DNA from: Blastocatellia bacterium
GTDB taxonomy: Bacteria > Acidobacteriota > Blastocatellia > UBA7656
Assembly (NCBI GenBank): GCA_035575515.1
Contig: DATLXU010000067.1
Span: 6,519-70,518, forward strand
DNA: 64,000 nucleotides
Direction: 5' to 3'
The notes below the pieces were generated by a model. It searched no databases, was not told the DNA's origin, and saw only the letters and a list, made by a program, of their open reading frames with translations. The position numbers and the translations under genes were made by a program. This document shows positions 29,310 to 39,028 of this stretch, piece after piece; positions within the stretch are counted from its first letter, which is position 1, and each line of letters opens with the position of its first letter.

Positions 29310-30665
29310 ATGCAATCTTTTCTAGCAATCCTGATGATAGTCGCGCCCGACTGGGTTCGGCGCTTAACGGGCGAACGACAGCCCAACGTCTTCTGGTCAG
29401 AATACATCGTCTGGCCGATCATTCAAATCATCATCGTGCTGTTCATCGTGCTGACGATTGTCGCCTACCTCGTTTACATGGAGCGCAAAGTTTCGGCCTT
29501 CATGCAGGCGCGGCTCGGTCCCATGCGCGTCGGCCCGTGGGGACTCTTGCAGCCTGCAGCCGACGGATTGAAGCTGCTTCTCAAAGAAGACATCATCCCG
29601 CTGAAAGCCGACCGCGCTGTCTTTATGATCGCACCCATCATCTGCGTGGCTGCCGCGCTCGTCGTTCTGTCAGTTATCCCGTGGGGCGCGGCGTGGGCGA
29701 CGATTGCAAACATCAACATCGGATTATTATTCATCCTCGCCGTCTCGTCGGTAGGCGTGCTGGGACTCGTGCTCGCGGGTTGGGCGTCAAACTCGAAATA
29801 CTCTTTGCTCGGCGCGCTGCGCTCGTCGGCACAGATGGTGAGCTACGAAGTCGGCATGGGACTTTCGATAATCGGCGCGCTGATGTTCGCGCGAACGCTT
29901 TCGATGTCAGGCATAGTTGACGCGCAGCAGGCCGACGGCATCTGGTACGTCTTCTTTCAACCGCTCGGCTTCTTGATTTACCTTACGAGCGCGCTCGGTG
30001 AAACCAACCGCGCGCCGTTCGATCTGCCCGAAGCCGAATCCGAACTCGTCGCCGGTTATCACACTGAATACTCAGGCTTTCGCTGGGCGCTGTTTTTCAT
30101 GGCTGAGTATTCGGCGATGATAGTGACTGCGGCGGTCGCGGTGACGCTCTTTTTAGGCGGCTGGCATTTTCCGGGACTCGATTGGATAAGAACAAACGCG
30201 GGCGAAACGCTCTTTGTGCTTCTGAGCGTCTTCGTTTTCGCCGCGAAGGTCTTCGCTCTCATTTATGCTTACATGTGGTTCCGCTGGACGTGGCCGCGCT
30301 ATCGCTACGACCAGTTGATGGAGCTTGGCTGGAAATGGATGATACCGGCGGGGCTTGCTAATATAGTATTAACGGGCGTCTGGTACGTCCTGGCTCTGCC
30401 GAAATCGCAGGGCGGCTTGCTCGACCTGATGCATCAGGAGAGCGGGCGGCTCGTGCCGAACAAGTATGCGGGCATCATCTACTTCATCGTCACCGGCGCG
30501 CTTGTTACCGTCCCGATAGTCTGGGGAGTGCTTGCGGCGATCAATCGCCGGTCGCGCGACTTCAACCTGCACGAGCAGCGCCAGCTTCAAATTCAACTCC
30601 GCCGCGAGCGATTGGAAAAGATGCTTCAGGAGCGCGCAGAGCCGCAGACGGCACAGCAGAGTTAG
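29310..30665 (+). CDS. nuoH: NADH-quinone oxidoreductase subunit H with ~110-aa C-terminal extension
   Basis: YMERKVSAFMQARLGP, GLLQPAADGLKLLLKE, and FFMAEY motifs. Confidence 0.9.
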   Translation: MQSFLAILMIVAPDWVRRLTGERQPNVFWSEYIVWPIIQIIIVLFIVLTIVAYLVYMERKVSAFMQARLGPMRVGPWGLLQPAADGLKLLLKEDIIPLKADRAVFMIAPIICVAAALVVLSVIPWGAAWATIANINIGLLFILAVSSVGVLGLVLAGWASNSKYSLLGALRSSAQMVSYEVGMGLSIIGALMFARTLSMSGIVDAQQADGIWYVFFQPLGFLIYLTSALGETNRAPFDLPEAESELVAGYHTEYSGFRWALFFMAEYSAMIVTAAVAVTLFLGGWHFPGLDWIRTNAGETLFVLLSVFVFAAKVFALIYAYMWFRWTWPRYRYDQLMELGWKWMIPAGLANIVLTGVWYVLALPKSQGGLLDLMHQESGRLVPNKYAGIIYFIVTGALVTVPIVWGVLAAINRRSRDFNLHEQRQLQIQLRRERLEKMLQERAEPQTAQQS

Positions 30666-30671
30666 CAATTA

Positions 30672-30710
30672 TTCGATTTGAGATTTAAGATTTAAAATCT
30701 CAAGACAGGT
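30672..30710. repeat. short heptamer palindrome (GATTTGA GATTTAA GATTTAA AATCTCA)
   Basis: Seen directly in the nuoH-nuoI spacer. Confidence 0.45.
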
Positions 30711-30715
30711 GATTT

Positions 30716-31261
30716 ATGCCAGCAGTAACAACGCCAGCAAAGAAGCGAACCATCGGGCAGATAATCAGGCGACTCTTGTTGCTCGATCTGTTCAAAGGTC
30801 TCGCCGTAACGTTCAAGTATAACGCTCGCGCATTTGTTGAGCCGCGCGACGGCGGTAATCCCAATCAGGCGATTTACACCGAGCAGTACCCGCTTGAGCC
30901 TGCGCGAGTCTCGGAAAGATTTCGCGGCGCGCCGCGACTCAATCTCGACCCTGAAACGGGCGGCACGCTCTGCATCGCGTGCGACCTGTGCGCGCTGGCC
31001 TGCCCGGTTGATTGCATCGAAGTCGGCTCGATCCGCCGCGAAGTGCGCGACGGCGACAAGGTGAACAAGAAGAAAGTGCTGACGACTTTCACCTTCGACA
31101 CATCGCGCTGCATGTTCTGCAATCTCTGCTCGGAGGCGTGTCCGACAGATTGCCTTGAGCTTACTCAGAGTTTTGAATTAGCGGTCTATCACCGCTCAGG
31201 TTTTCGCTGGGATCGCGAGATGCTCGAAAAGGGCATCAATTACGTTCGCTATACACGCTAG
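30716..31261 (+). CDS. nuoI: NADH-quinone oxidoreductase subunit I (2x[4Fe-4S] ferredoxin)
   Basis: CIACDLCALACP and CMFCNLCSEACP motifs. Confidence 0.9.
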   Translation: MPAVTTPAKKRTIGQIIRRLLLLDLFKGLAVTFKYNARAFVEPRDGGNPNQAIYTEQYPLEPARVSERFRGAPRLNLDPETGGTLCIACDLCALACPVDCIEVGSIRREVRDGDKVNKKKVLTTFTFDTSRCMFCNLCSEACPTDCLELTQSFELAVYHRSGFRWDREMLEKGINYVRYTR

Positions 31262-31378
31262 GAGCTAGGGGCCAGGGGGCTAGGGGCTGGGAGTCAGTGG
31301 ATTTGAGATTTGAGATTTCAAATTTGAAATTCATCCGACCCTGACCCCCGGCCCCCAACCCCTGACCCCGTGCCGGAG
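31262..31378. repeat. heptamer-built palindrome (GCTAGGG GCCAGGG GGCTAGG GGCTGGG AGTCAGT ... CCTGACC CCCGGCC CCCAACC CCTGACC CC)
   Basis: Seen directly in the nuoI-nuoJ spacer. The loop contains GATTTGA GATTTGA GATTTCA heptamers. Confidence 0.6.
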
Positions 31379-31382
31379 GCAC

Positions 31383-31979
31383 ATGCAACTACACGGGTGG
31401 GAAGCAATCCTGTTTTACGCGCTAGCCATCATGACTTTGTTCATGGCGGTCTTCGTCGTGACGGCGCGCGTTGCGGTTCACTCGGCGCTCTTTTTGATCT
31501 CGACGCTTGTCAACGTCGCGCTGCTGTTCATATTGCTGCGCGCCGAGTTCGTTGCGGGCGTTCAGATACTCGTTTACGTCGGCGGCGTGATGGTGCTGTT
31601 TTTATTTGTCATCATGCTCGTTCAGACTCGCGCCGAAGAGGAAGCGCGCGTGCGGCTCTACACGGGTCAGACGTGGCCTGCGGTGATAATCGCGCTGCTG
31701 CTTGCCGTCGCGTTTTATTTTGCGATGAACCCTGCGCAATCGGCTTTTCGCCCGGCTGAAGTCGCAGCAGCAACCGCCACTCAAGCGCCGCCTGAAACGG
31801 GCGAGCGCGTTCAAGCGGGCGCGGGCCAGAACATCTCCAGAGACACGCAGACCGTCGGCCACGCGCTCTACACCGACGCGGCTCTGCCTTTTGAAGTCGC
31901 GTCCTTGCTGCTGCTCGTTGCAATGATAGGCGCGGTGCTGTTGGCGCGCGGAACGAAGCAAGAGAAATATTATGAGTAA
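31383..31979 (+). CDS. nuoJ: NADH-quinone oxidoreductase subunit J
   Basis: TM pattern and the [20 protein letters not shown] motif. Confidence 0.85.
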   Translation: MQLHGWEAILFYALAIMTLFMAVFVVTARVAVHSALFLISTLVNVALLFILLRAEFVAGVQILVYVGGVMVLFLFVIMLVQTRAEEEARVRLYTGQTWPAVIIALLLAVAFYFAMNPAQSAFRPAEVAAATATQAPPETGERVQAGAGQNISRDTQTVGHALYTDAALPFEVASLLLLVAMIGAVLLARGTKQEKYYE

Positions 31980-31996
31980 TAACTGAGGGGGACGTT

Positions 31997-32440
31997 GTGA
32001 ATAGCTTACTGATGGGCGCATTAGCCTACGCCGCTCCGCTGCTCTTGCAGGCCCAGCAGCAACAATCGGCCCTGAAACGATTCGAGCCTACGCTCATCAA
32101 CTTTTTGATGTTGAGCTTTCTGCTTTTCGTCGTCGGCGTAGCGGGCGTGCTGTCGCGACGCAACATCATCATCATCTTCATGTCAATCGAGCTGATACTG
32201 AACGCGGTCAATCTGAACCTGATTGCGTTCTCGCGCTACTTGCAACTCAACGAGCAGTCGCTCAACGCTCAGTTTCAAGCTTCAGGCGTCACGGTGAACC
32301 CGCTGGCCGGGCCTGTCTTTACTGTCTTCATAATCGTCGTCGCAGCAGCAGAAGCAGCCGTAGGTCTTGGCATCGTCATAGCAATGTTCCGCAATCGCGA
32401 AACGGTCGCGATTGACGAGATTGATATGTTGAAGTGGTAA
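31997..32440 (+). CDS. nuoK: NADH-quinone oxidoreductase subunit K (extended)
   Basis: The [22 protein letters not shown] motif is NuoK. Extra N-terminal and internal segments make it 147 aa against ~100 aa. Confidence 0.8.
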   Translation: MNSLLMGALAYAAPLLLQAQQQQSALKRFEPTLINFLMLSFLLFVVGVAGVLSRRNIIIIFMSIELILNAVNLNLIAFSRYLQLNEQSLNAQFQASGVTVNPLAGPVFTVFIIVVAAAEAAVGLGIVIAMFRNRETVAIDEIDMLKW

Positions 32441-32528
32441 TCATTTGTCATTGGTCATTTGTCCCTTGTCCTTTGTTTATTCTTTAAGGACAAGCGAGCA
32501 AATGACCAATGACAAGTGACCAATGACA
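32441..32528. repeat. heptamer-built palindrome (TCATTTG TCATTGG TCATTTG TCCCTTG TCCTTTG ... ACAAGCG AGCAAAT GACCAAT GACAAGT GACCAAT GACAAAT)
   Basis: Seen directly in the nuoK-nuoL spacer. The right arm overlaps the annotated nuoL ATG at 32516. Confidence 0.6.
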
Positions 32529-34951
32529 AATTTATGTTAAAACTCGTCTGGCTCATTCCGGTCTTTCCGCTTCTCGGCTTTCTAGTCAATTTTATTCTCG
32601 GTCGCAGCCTGAGGCTGTCGGAGCGCGCAGTTTCAATCATCGGATGCGGCGTGATACTCGCCTCGCTCCTGCTCACGCTCGGAGCCTTTTACGATTATGC
32701 TGCGAACTACGCGCCTGCGAACAACCACAAGCCATACATCTCAACTCAGTTCACGTGGCTGCCCGGCGGCAAAGCGCACAAGACGCTTGTGCCGGAGACA
32801 GCCGAGCATGCACAGGCTGGCGAACGCGGCGAGTCAGACCATAACAAATCAGCAGGCTCGCGGCTCTCGGATTTCAACATCACATGGAGTTATCAAATAG
32901 ACCCGCTCTCGCTCGTGATGATGTTCATTGTCACGTTCGTGGGCTTCTGGATTCACGTCTTCGCCACCGGCTACATGCACGGCGACACGGGCTTCTATCG
33001 CTTCTTCGCTTACCTCAACCTGTTCATGTTCATGATGCTGTTGCTCGTGATGGCGTCGAACTTCATGGTCATGTTCATCGGGTGGGAGGGCGTGGGCCTG
33101 TGCTCGTACCTGCTCATCGGTTATTACTTCGACAGGCAGGAAGCTGGCGACGCATCAAAGAAAGCATTTGTCGTCAACCGTATTGGCGACGCCGGAATGG
33201 TCCTGGCCATATCGGGCATCTTCGCAGCGTTCGGAACACTTGAATTCAGCGAAGTCGCGCAGGCCGTCAGTTCCATTGGAGTCGAACAACTCTGGCAGTT
33301 CGGATTGATGTCGTGGCTTGCGTTAGGACTCTTCATCGGCGCGACGGGCAAGAGCGCGCAGATACCGCTCTACATCTGGCTGCCCGACGCGATGGCCGGC
33401 CCGACTCCCGTTTCGGCTCTGATTCACGCGGCGACGATGGTGACGGCGGGCGTCTTTATGGTCGTGCGGACGAACTTCATCTTTCAACGCTCGGTCACGA
33501 TGATGATGATAGTTGCGCTCGTCGGACTTCTCACCGCATTCATCGCTGCGACCATCGGCATCACACAGACGGACATCAAGAAGGTTCTCGCTTATTCGAC
33601 CGTCTCGCAACTTGGCTATATGTTTTTGGCTTGCGGCGTGGGCGCGTTCGTCGCCGGAATCTTTCACGTATTCACTCACGCATTCTTCAAAGCCCTTCTC
33701 TTTTTAGGCTCAGGCTCGGTCATTCACGCGATGCACCATGAACAGGAGATGCCGCGAATGGGCGGCTTGGCGAAATATCTGCCGACGACTTATAAGGCGA
33801 TGATGATGGGATGGCTTGCCATCTGCGGCATCATCCCGTTTGCGGGCTTCTGGTCGAAAGACGAGATACTGTGGAAGACCTTTGACACTCAAATCTTCGG
33901 TGGCGGAAAGCTGCTGTGGTTTTTCGGATTCGTCACAGCCGGAATGACTGCGTTTTACATGACTCGATTGATGGGGCTGACCTTCTGGGGCGAAGAGCGA
34001 TTTCGCAAAGTTCACGCCGGAGGCGAAGCCGACGAAGCGCACGCAGCGGCGCACGATAAAGAACTCAAGCCGCACGATGCAATCACCGCTTCGGCAGGTG
34101 ATCGGCCTCATCACGCGCCCGGCGAGCACGTAGGCGCGCACGACGCAACTGACCGACTGAATGCTCACGGCATCGCTCACGCGCATTACGAGCCGCACGA
34201 ATCGCCGCGCAACATGACATTGCCGTTGGTCGTGCTCGCGTTCTTTTCAGTAGTCGCGGGACTCGTAGGCATACCGGCGGCGCTATCGGGCGGCGCGAAC
34301 ATAAATCTGTTCGAGCGATGGCTTGAGCCTGTCGTCCAAGAAGTGCACAGCGAACCGGCAACAGCGAACGAAGCCTCAGAACCGGCTCCGGGAGCCGGTT
34401 CTGAGGCAGCGGCAGAAGCTGGCGGCGCGCACGGCGAAGGCTCGCATCCGGTTGATCCGATGGAGTACGTCCTGATGCTCGCTTCGCTCGGCATCGCAGC
34501 GGGCGGCATCTATCTCGGACGATTGTTCTACGTGAAGCGGCCTGACCTGCCGCGCATCTGGGCCGAAAAGCTTCGCCCGCTCTACACGCTCAGTTTCAAC
34601 AAATGGTATTGGGATTGGCTGCTCGACGTGAAGGGAGTCGAGGCGGCTAAAGCCGTCAACAACGCGCTGTGGTCGGTTGACGCTGAAGTGGTTGACGGCG
34701 GCGTGAACGGCGCGGGATGGTTCGCGCGATTCTGGGCGAAGGTCACAGGTTGGTGGGACAAGTGGGTTATTGATCTTGCGGTGAACGCGACCGGATGGAT
34801 AACGCGCGCAGGCTCGATCATCCTGCGCAGTTTTCAGACGGGCTTCTGGCAGAACTACGCGCTGCTGTTCGCCATCGGGCTGTTTATTCTTCTGGCTGTG
34901 TATGTGTACTCGGCTGTGCCGATTACGCTCAAAGGACTTTTCGGGAAATAG
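32516..34951 (+). CDS. nuoL: NADH-quinone oxidoreductase subunit L with large His-rich insertions
   Basis: Antiporter-like NuoL core (WLPDAMAGPTPVSALIHAATMVTAGV). 811 aa against ~620-650 aa in typical NuoL. The true start may be MLKLVWLIPVFPLLGF at 32534. Confidence 0.85.
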   Translation: MTNDKFMLKLVWLIPVFPLLGFLVNFILGRSLRLSERAVSIIGCGVILASLLLTLGAFYDYAANYAPANNHKPYISTQFTWLPGGKAHKTLVPETAEHAQAGERGESDHNKSAGSRLSDFNITWSYQIDPLSLVMMFIVTFVGFWIHVFATGYMHGDTGFYRFFAYLNLFMFMMLLLVMASNFMVMFIGWEGVGLCSYLLIGYYFDRQEAGDASKKAFVVNRIGDAGMVLAISGIFAAFGTLEFSEVAQAVSSIGVEQLWQFGLMSWLALGLFIGATGKSAQIPLYIWLPDAMAGPTPVSALIHAATMVTAGVFMVVRTNFIFQRSVTMMMIVALVGLLTAFIAATIGITQTDIKKVLAYSTVSQLGYMFLACGVGAFVAGIFHVFTHAFFKALLFLGSGSVIHAMHHEQEMPRMGGLAKYLPTTYKAMMMGWLAICGIIPFAGFWSKDEILWKTFDTQIFGGGKLLWFFGFVTAGMTAFYMTRLMGLTFWGEERFRKVHAGGEADEAHAAAHDKELKPHDAITASAGDRPHHAPGEHVGAHDATDRLNAHGIAHAHYEPHESPRNMTLPLVVLAFFSVVAGLVGIPAALSGGANINLFERWLEPVVQEVHSEPATANEASEPAPGAGSEAAAEAGGAHGEGSHPVDPMEYVLMLASLGIAAGGIYLGRLFYVKRPDLPRIWAEKLRPLYTLSFNKWYWDWLLDVKGVEAAKAVNNALWSVDAEVVDGGVNGAGWFARFWAKVTGWWDKWVIDLAVNATGWITRAGSIILRSFQTGFWQNYALLFAIGLFILLAVYVYSAVPITLKGLFGK

Positions 34952-35109
34952 ATTGTAGGGGGCGGGTCTCGACCCGCTGCGCGGGTTCCCCGGCCCGAAT
35001 CGCGCATTAATCAAATTGGCCGATGGCAAATCTATCTCATTGCCTTCGGCAATCCGGGCAGGGACAAGCCCCGCCCCTACAGGTCGGTTAATCAAAGGAG
35101 ACTCTGGCT

Positions 35110-36960
35110 ATGCCTGGTCGCATGGAGATTTTTGGAATCGGCATTCTGTCGTGGGTGACGTGGTTACCGGCGGCTGGCGGGTTGATGCTGCTCTTTTTCA
35201 ATCGCGCTAAAAACGACCGCATCCGCTGGTTTGCAAACCTCTGGATCGTGCTCTGCTTCTTGGTTTCAATCCCGCTCGTCACAGGACTTGGCGCGGGGCG
35301 TCCCGGTTATGACCGCGCTTACGGCGGATTGCAATTCATCGAAGACCACGAATGGATACCGCTAATCGGCGCGCGTTATCAATTAGGCATTGATGGTCTC
35401 GCGCTCGTGCTCTTGATGCTGACGACGCTTTTGGGAGTCGTGTCGGTCATCTGCTCGTGGGACTACATCCGCGAGAAGGGGCGCGAGAAAGAGTATTACA
35501 TCATGCTGCTGCTGTTGCAGACGGGCATGATCGGCGCGTTCGTGTCGGCTGATCTCTTTCTGTTCTTCATCTTCTGGGAAGTAATGCTCGTGCCGATGTA
35601 TTTTTTAATCGGCATCTGGGGCGGCAAGAACCGGCTCTATTCCGCAATCAAGTTTTTCCTTTACACCCTTGTCGGCTCGGTCGTGATGCTGCTTGCGGTA
35701 TTGAAGCTCTACTTCATTTTTCCCGAAGTCGTGCAGAAGCGCGCGCCTGATGTTTTGGCAACAGCGGAACAGATCACGGCGAGCAGCGTGACCGATCCTT
35801 CGCGAGCAGGCCAGCGCAACGAGCAGATGTTCAAGATGATTGACGATGCGATGAAGCGCGCCGAAGGCATTGACCCCGCTGACCCCGAAGGCAAGCGCGC
35901 GCTGCCATCAAGTTATGTCCGCAGCTCGTTCAACATCCCTGCGCTCACAGCTATCGGTCCGCACATAAAAACCGTATTCGGCCTGAGCGTAGTCATCTGG
36001 CTGTTCATAGGCTTTTCGCTTTCGTTCGCAATAAAAGTTCCGATGTTTCCATTTCACACGTGGCTGCCGGATGCGCACTACGACGCGCCGACGGCTGGCT
36101 CTGTGATTCTTGCGGGCGTGCTGCTCAAGATGGGAACGTATGGCTTCATGCGATTTTCGCTTCCGATGTTTCCCGATGCGGCGACTCATCCGCGAGTCCG
36201 TCAGGTGATGATAGTGCTTGCGATTATCGGCATCATCTACGGCGCGCTCGTGGCGATGGCGCAAAAGGATGTTAAGAAGCTCGTCGCTTACTCGTCGGTC
36301 TCGCATCTTGGATTTGTGATGCTTGGCTTGTTCGCCCTTAACCCGAACGGCATCAACGGCGCGGTGATGCAGATGATTAATCACGGCATCTCAACGGGCG
36401 CGCTCTTTATGCTTGCAGGCATCCTCTACGAGCGGCGGCATACGTACGATATTGCCGAGTTCGGCGGGCTTGCGCACGTGATGCCGATCTACTCGACGAT
36501 ATTTTTAATCGTCACGCTGTCGTCTTTAGGCTTGCCGTTGATGAATAATTTCATCGGCGAGTTTCTGACGATTCGAGGCGCATTTGAAGCGAACCCCTAC
36601 TGGGGCGGCTTCGCCGTCATCGGGATCATTCTCGGCGCGGCCTATATGCTGTGGCTGTATCAACGAGTCTTCTTCGGGCAGGTGACGAAGGAAGAGAATC
36701 GCGGGTTGCGCGATTTGAACGCGCGCGAGGCATGGCAGTTCGCGCCGCTGATTTTCCTGATCTTCTGGATCGGCGTTTACCCGAAGCCCGTGCTTTCCTA
36801 CATCAACCCGCAGACTGAGGTAGTCGTCGCGCAGGTGCAGCCTGATTACTTCAAGAACGCGCCCGCTGCCCAGCGGCCTCAGATGGCGAAAGAAGAGCCT
36901 GCGGCGAACGAAGCCGCTCCGGCTCACGTTGAAATCGAAGAGCCGGAAGAGAGCAAGTAA
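35110..36960 (+). CDS. nuoM: NADH-quinone oxidoreductase subunit M with ~80-aa insertion
   Basis: NuoM core (WLPDAHYDAPTAGSVILAGVLLKMG). Inserted hydrophilic segment around 35700-35950. Confidence 0.85.
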   Translation: MPGRMEIFGIGILSWVTWLPAAGGLMLLFFNRAKNDRIRWFANLWIVLCFLVSIPLVTGLGAGRPGYDRAYGGLQFIEDHEWIPLIGARYQLGIDGLALVLLMLTTLLGVVSVICSWDYIREKGREKEYYIMLLLLQTGMIGAFVSADLFLFFIFWEVMLVPMYFLIGIWGGKNRLYSAIKFFLYTLVGSVVMLLAVLKLYFIFPEVVQKRAPDVLATAEQITASSVTDPSRAGQRNEQMFKMIDDAMKRAEGIDPADPEGKRALPSSYVRSSFNIPALTAIGPHIKTVFGLSVVIWLFIGFSLSFAIKVPMFPFHTWLPDAHYDAPTAGSVILAGVLLKMGTYGFMRFSLPMFPDAATHPRVRQVMIVLAIIGIIYGALVAMAQKDVKKLVAYSSVSHLGFVMLGLFALNPNGINGAVMQMINHGISTGALFMLAGILYERRHTYDIAEFGGLAHVMPIYSTIFLIVTLSSLGLPLMNNFIGEFLTIRGAFEANPYWGGFAVIGIILGAAYMLWLYQRVFFGQVTKEENRGLRDLNAREAWQFAPLIFLIFWIGVYPKPVLSYINPQTEVVVAQVQPDYFKNAPAAQRPQMAKEEPAANEAAPAHVEIEEPEESK

Positions 36961-37058
36961 TTTGACGTGGCGCCGCCGTCTCGGCGGCAGTTGCGTGAGC
37001 GAGACGCTCACTAGACAGCCAGCTAGAAGCTGGCGCTACCATTGGCACGACAAAAAGT

Positions 37059-38711
37059 ATGCTGCTACTACAAGCACCACCTGATTTTCTGAATCTCGCG
37101 CGACAGGCTGCGCAATACATAATGCCTGAAGCTATCCTGACGCTATTCGCCTGCGCCGCGCTCGTGTTGGATGTCATGCTGCCGCGCAATCAGAAGCGTA
37201 TAGTCGCGTGGGTGAGCCTCGCGGGCGTTGGCTTTGCCCTTGCTTCGCTTGGCATTCTTTATTTCAACTTCGTCAGCCGCAGCGGGTCGAGCACGGCTTT
37301 CTACAACATGATCGTGCTCGATAATTATGCTGTCGTCTTCAAGCTGATCTTCCTCATCGGCGCGGCGCTTTCGATATTGCTCTCGATTCGCTACCTCGAA
37401 GAAGAAGGCGAGCAGCGCGGCGAATACTACGGGCTGATACTGTTTTCCGTAGTCGGCATGATGTTTATGGCATCAGGCGTTGACCTGCTGATGTTGTTCA
37501 TCTCGCTCGAACTGATGGCCATCTCGATTTACATACTGGTCGGCTATCTTCGACGCGACAGAAAATCAAACGAAGCCTCGATGAAGTATTTTCTGCTCGG
37601 CGCGTTCTCATCTGGTGTGTTGCTGTACGGCATCTCGCTCGTCTATGGAATTACGGGCACGACCAACCTTGAACAGATTGCGAACGCGCTGCCGAAAGTG
37701 ATCTCAGGACTCAACGCGCTCAACCCTCAAGCCGCTGCGCCCGATATGCGGTACATGCTTATGATAGGCATGACGCTTATGGCCGCAGGGATGTTCTTCA
37801 AGGTTGCAGCGGTGCCGTTTCACATGTGGGCGCCCGACGCTTACGAAGGCGCACCTACTTCCACTACAGCTTTCATGTCGGTCGCGGTCAAGGCCGCGAG
37901 CTTTGCGATGTTCGGACGAATATTTTTGTATGGACTGCCCGGATTAAGAAGCGGCATCACGGGCACGCCATCGCTTCCGGGATGGGCCACGCTGTTGGGA
38001 GTGATTGCAGCAATAACGATTGTCTGGGGGAATCTCGCCGCGATCACTCAACAAAACACCAAGCGGCTGCTCGCTTATTCATCAATCTCACACGCGGGCT
38101 ACACGCTGCTCGGTTTGATTGCCGGAAACGAAACCGGCTACACAGGGTTCATCGTCTATCTGCTCATCTACACGATAATGAATCTCGGCGTGTTCGGCTG
38201 CATCATCGCGCTGCGCCGTCGAGGCATCATCGGCGACCGCATGGAAGATTTGAATGGCTTGATGCGCAAAGCGCCGTGGCTAACGGTGATGATGACGATT
38301 TTCCTGCTCTCGCTCGGCGGCATACCTCCGACAGCAGGCTTCATCGGAAAGTTCTATCTGTTTGCTGGTCTGATTCAAACCGGCAACGTCTGGATGGTGC
38401 GGCTTGCGGTGCTTGCAGTCTTGATGAGCGCGGTGTCGCTTTATTATTACATCCGATTCATCCGCGCGATGTACATCGAACCTGAATCGGAGCCGCAGCC
38501 GGTCAGGCTCGCCGCCCCGCTTTACGTCGCGCTCGGAGTTGCCACAGTCCTTGTGCTCTACATAGGCATATTTCCGCAGCGCGCGATTGATTTGACGAAG
38601 CGGGCGGGAGCGGTCCTCGTCGAACAACAGAACAAAGCAGAGCAGAACAAGACAAGGCAAAGCGGGCCTGGCGTACCGCAGGATGTTTCCGAGATGACTC
38701 CCTCGCCGTAA
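37059..38711 (+). CDS. nuoN: NADH-quinone oxidoreductase subunit N
   Basis: NuoN core (FHMWAPDAYEGAPTSTTAFMSVAVKAASFA). Confidence 0.85.
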   Translation: MLLLQAPPDFLNLARQAAQYIMPEAILTLFACAALVLDVMLPRNQKRIVAWVSLAGVGFALASLGILYFNFVSRSGSSTAFYNMIVLDNYAVVFKLIFLIGAALSILLSIRYLEEEGEQRGEYYGLILFSVVGMMFMASGVDLLMLFISLELMAISIYILVGYLRRDRKSNEASMKYFLLGAFSSGVLLYGISLVYGITGTTNLEQIANALPKVISGLNALNPQAAAPDMRYMLMIGMTLMAAGMFFKVAAVPFHMWAPDAYEGAPTSTTAFMSVAVKAASFAMFGRIFLYGLPGLRSGITGTPSLPGWATLLGVIAAITIVWGNLAAITQQNTKRLLAYSSISHAGYTLLGLIAGNETGYTGFIVYLLIYTIMNLGVFGCIIALRRRGIIGDRMEDLNGLMRKAPWLTVMMTIFLLSLGGIPPTAGFIGKFYLFAGLIQTGNVWMVRLAVLAVLMSAVSLYYYIRFIRAMYIEPESEPQPVRLAAPLYVALGVATVLVLYIGIFPQRAIDLTKRAGAVLVEQQNKAEQNKTRQSGPGVPQDVSEMTPSP

Positions 38712-38714
38712 TTT

Positions 38715-38951
38715 ATGCCTTCCGACGATGACAAGCAGAATGGCGGAATAAGCTGGCGGCAGGCGCTGACGACCGTAGGGCTTGCGCTTGCCATCCCCTG
38801 GATGATTGGCGTGCCTGCAGTCGTCGGCTGGTACGTTGATAAGAAGTACGCGACGTGGCCGCTGTGGTTCATCGTCGGCCTTTCGATAGGACTCATCGGA
38901 ACTGCGCTCGACATCTATCGCCTGCTGAAACGATTCGGACAATTCAAATGA
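38715..38951 (+). CDS. AtpZ/AtpI-like small two-TM membrane protein
   Basis: ALAIPWMIGVPAVVGWYVDKKYATWPLWFIVGLSIGLIGTALDIYRL follows the AtpZ (ATPase_gene1) pattern ...G.G.ylD.....P.f.....g...g....yr. The ATG lies 4 nt after the nuoN stop. Confidence 0.5.
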   Translation: MPSDDDKQNGGISWRQALTTVGLALAIPWMIGVPAVVGWYVDKKYATWPLWFIVGLSIGLIGTALDIYRLLKRFGQFK

Positions 38952-39028
38952 CAGACGGCTCCGCCTGTCCTCTCGCCCGATTATCAGGTTATATTTCTCG
39001 TCTGACTAAACCACACAAGAGGGATTGA

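Noticed and set aside
33124-34509. Multiple ORFs on both strands inside nuoL
   Set aside because: They are alternative-frame artefacts within a clearly homologous NuoL coding region.
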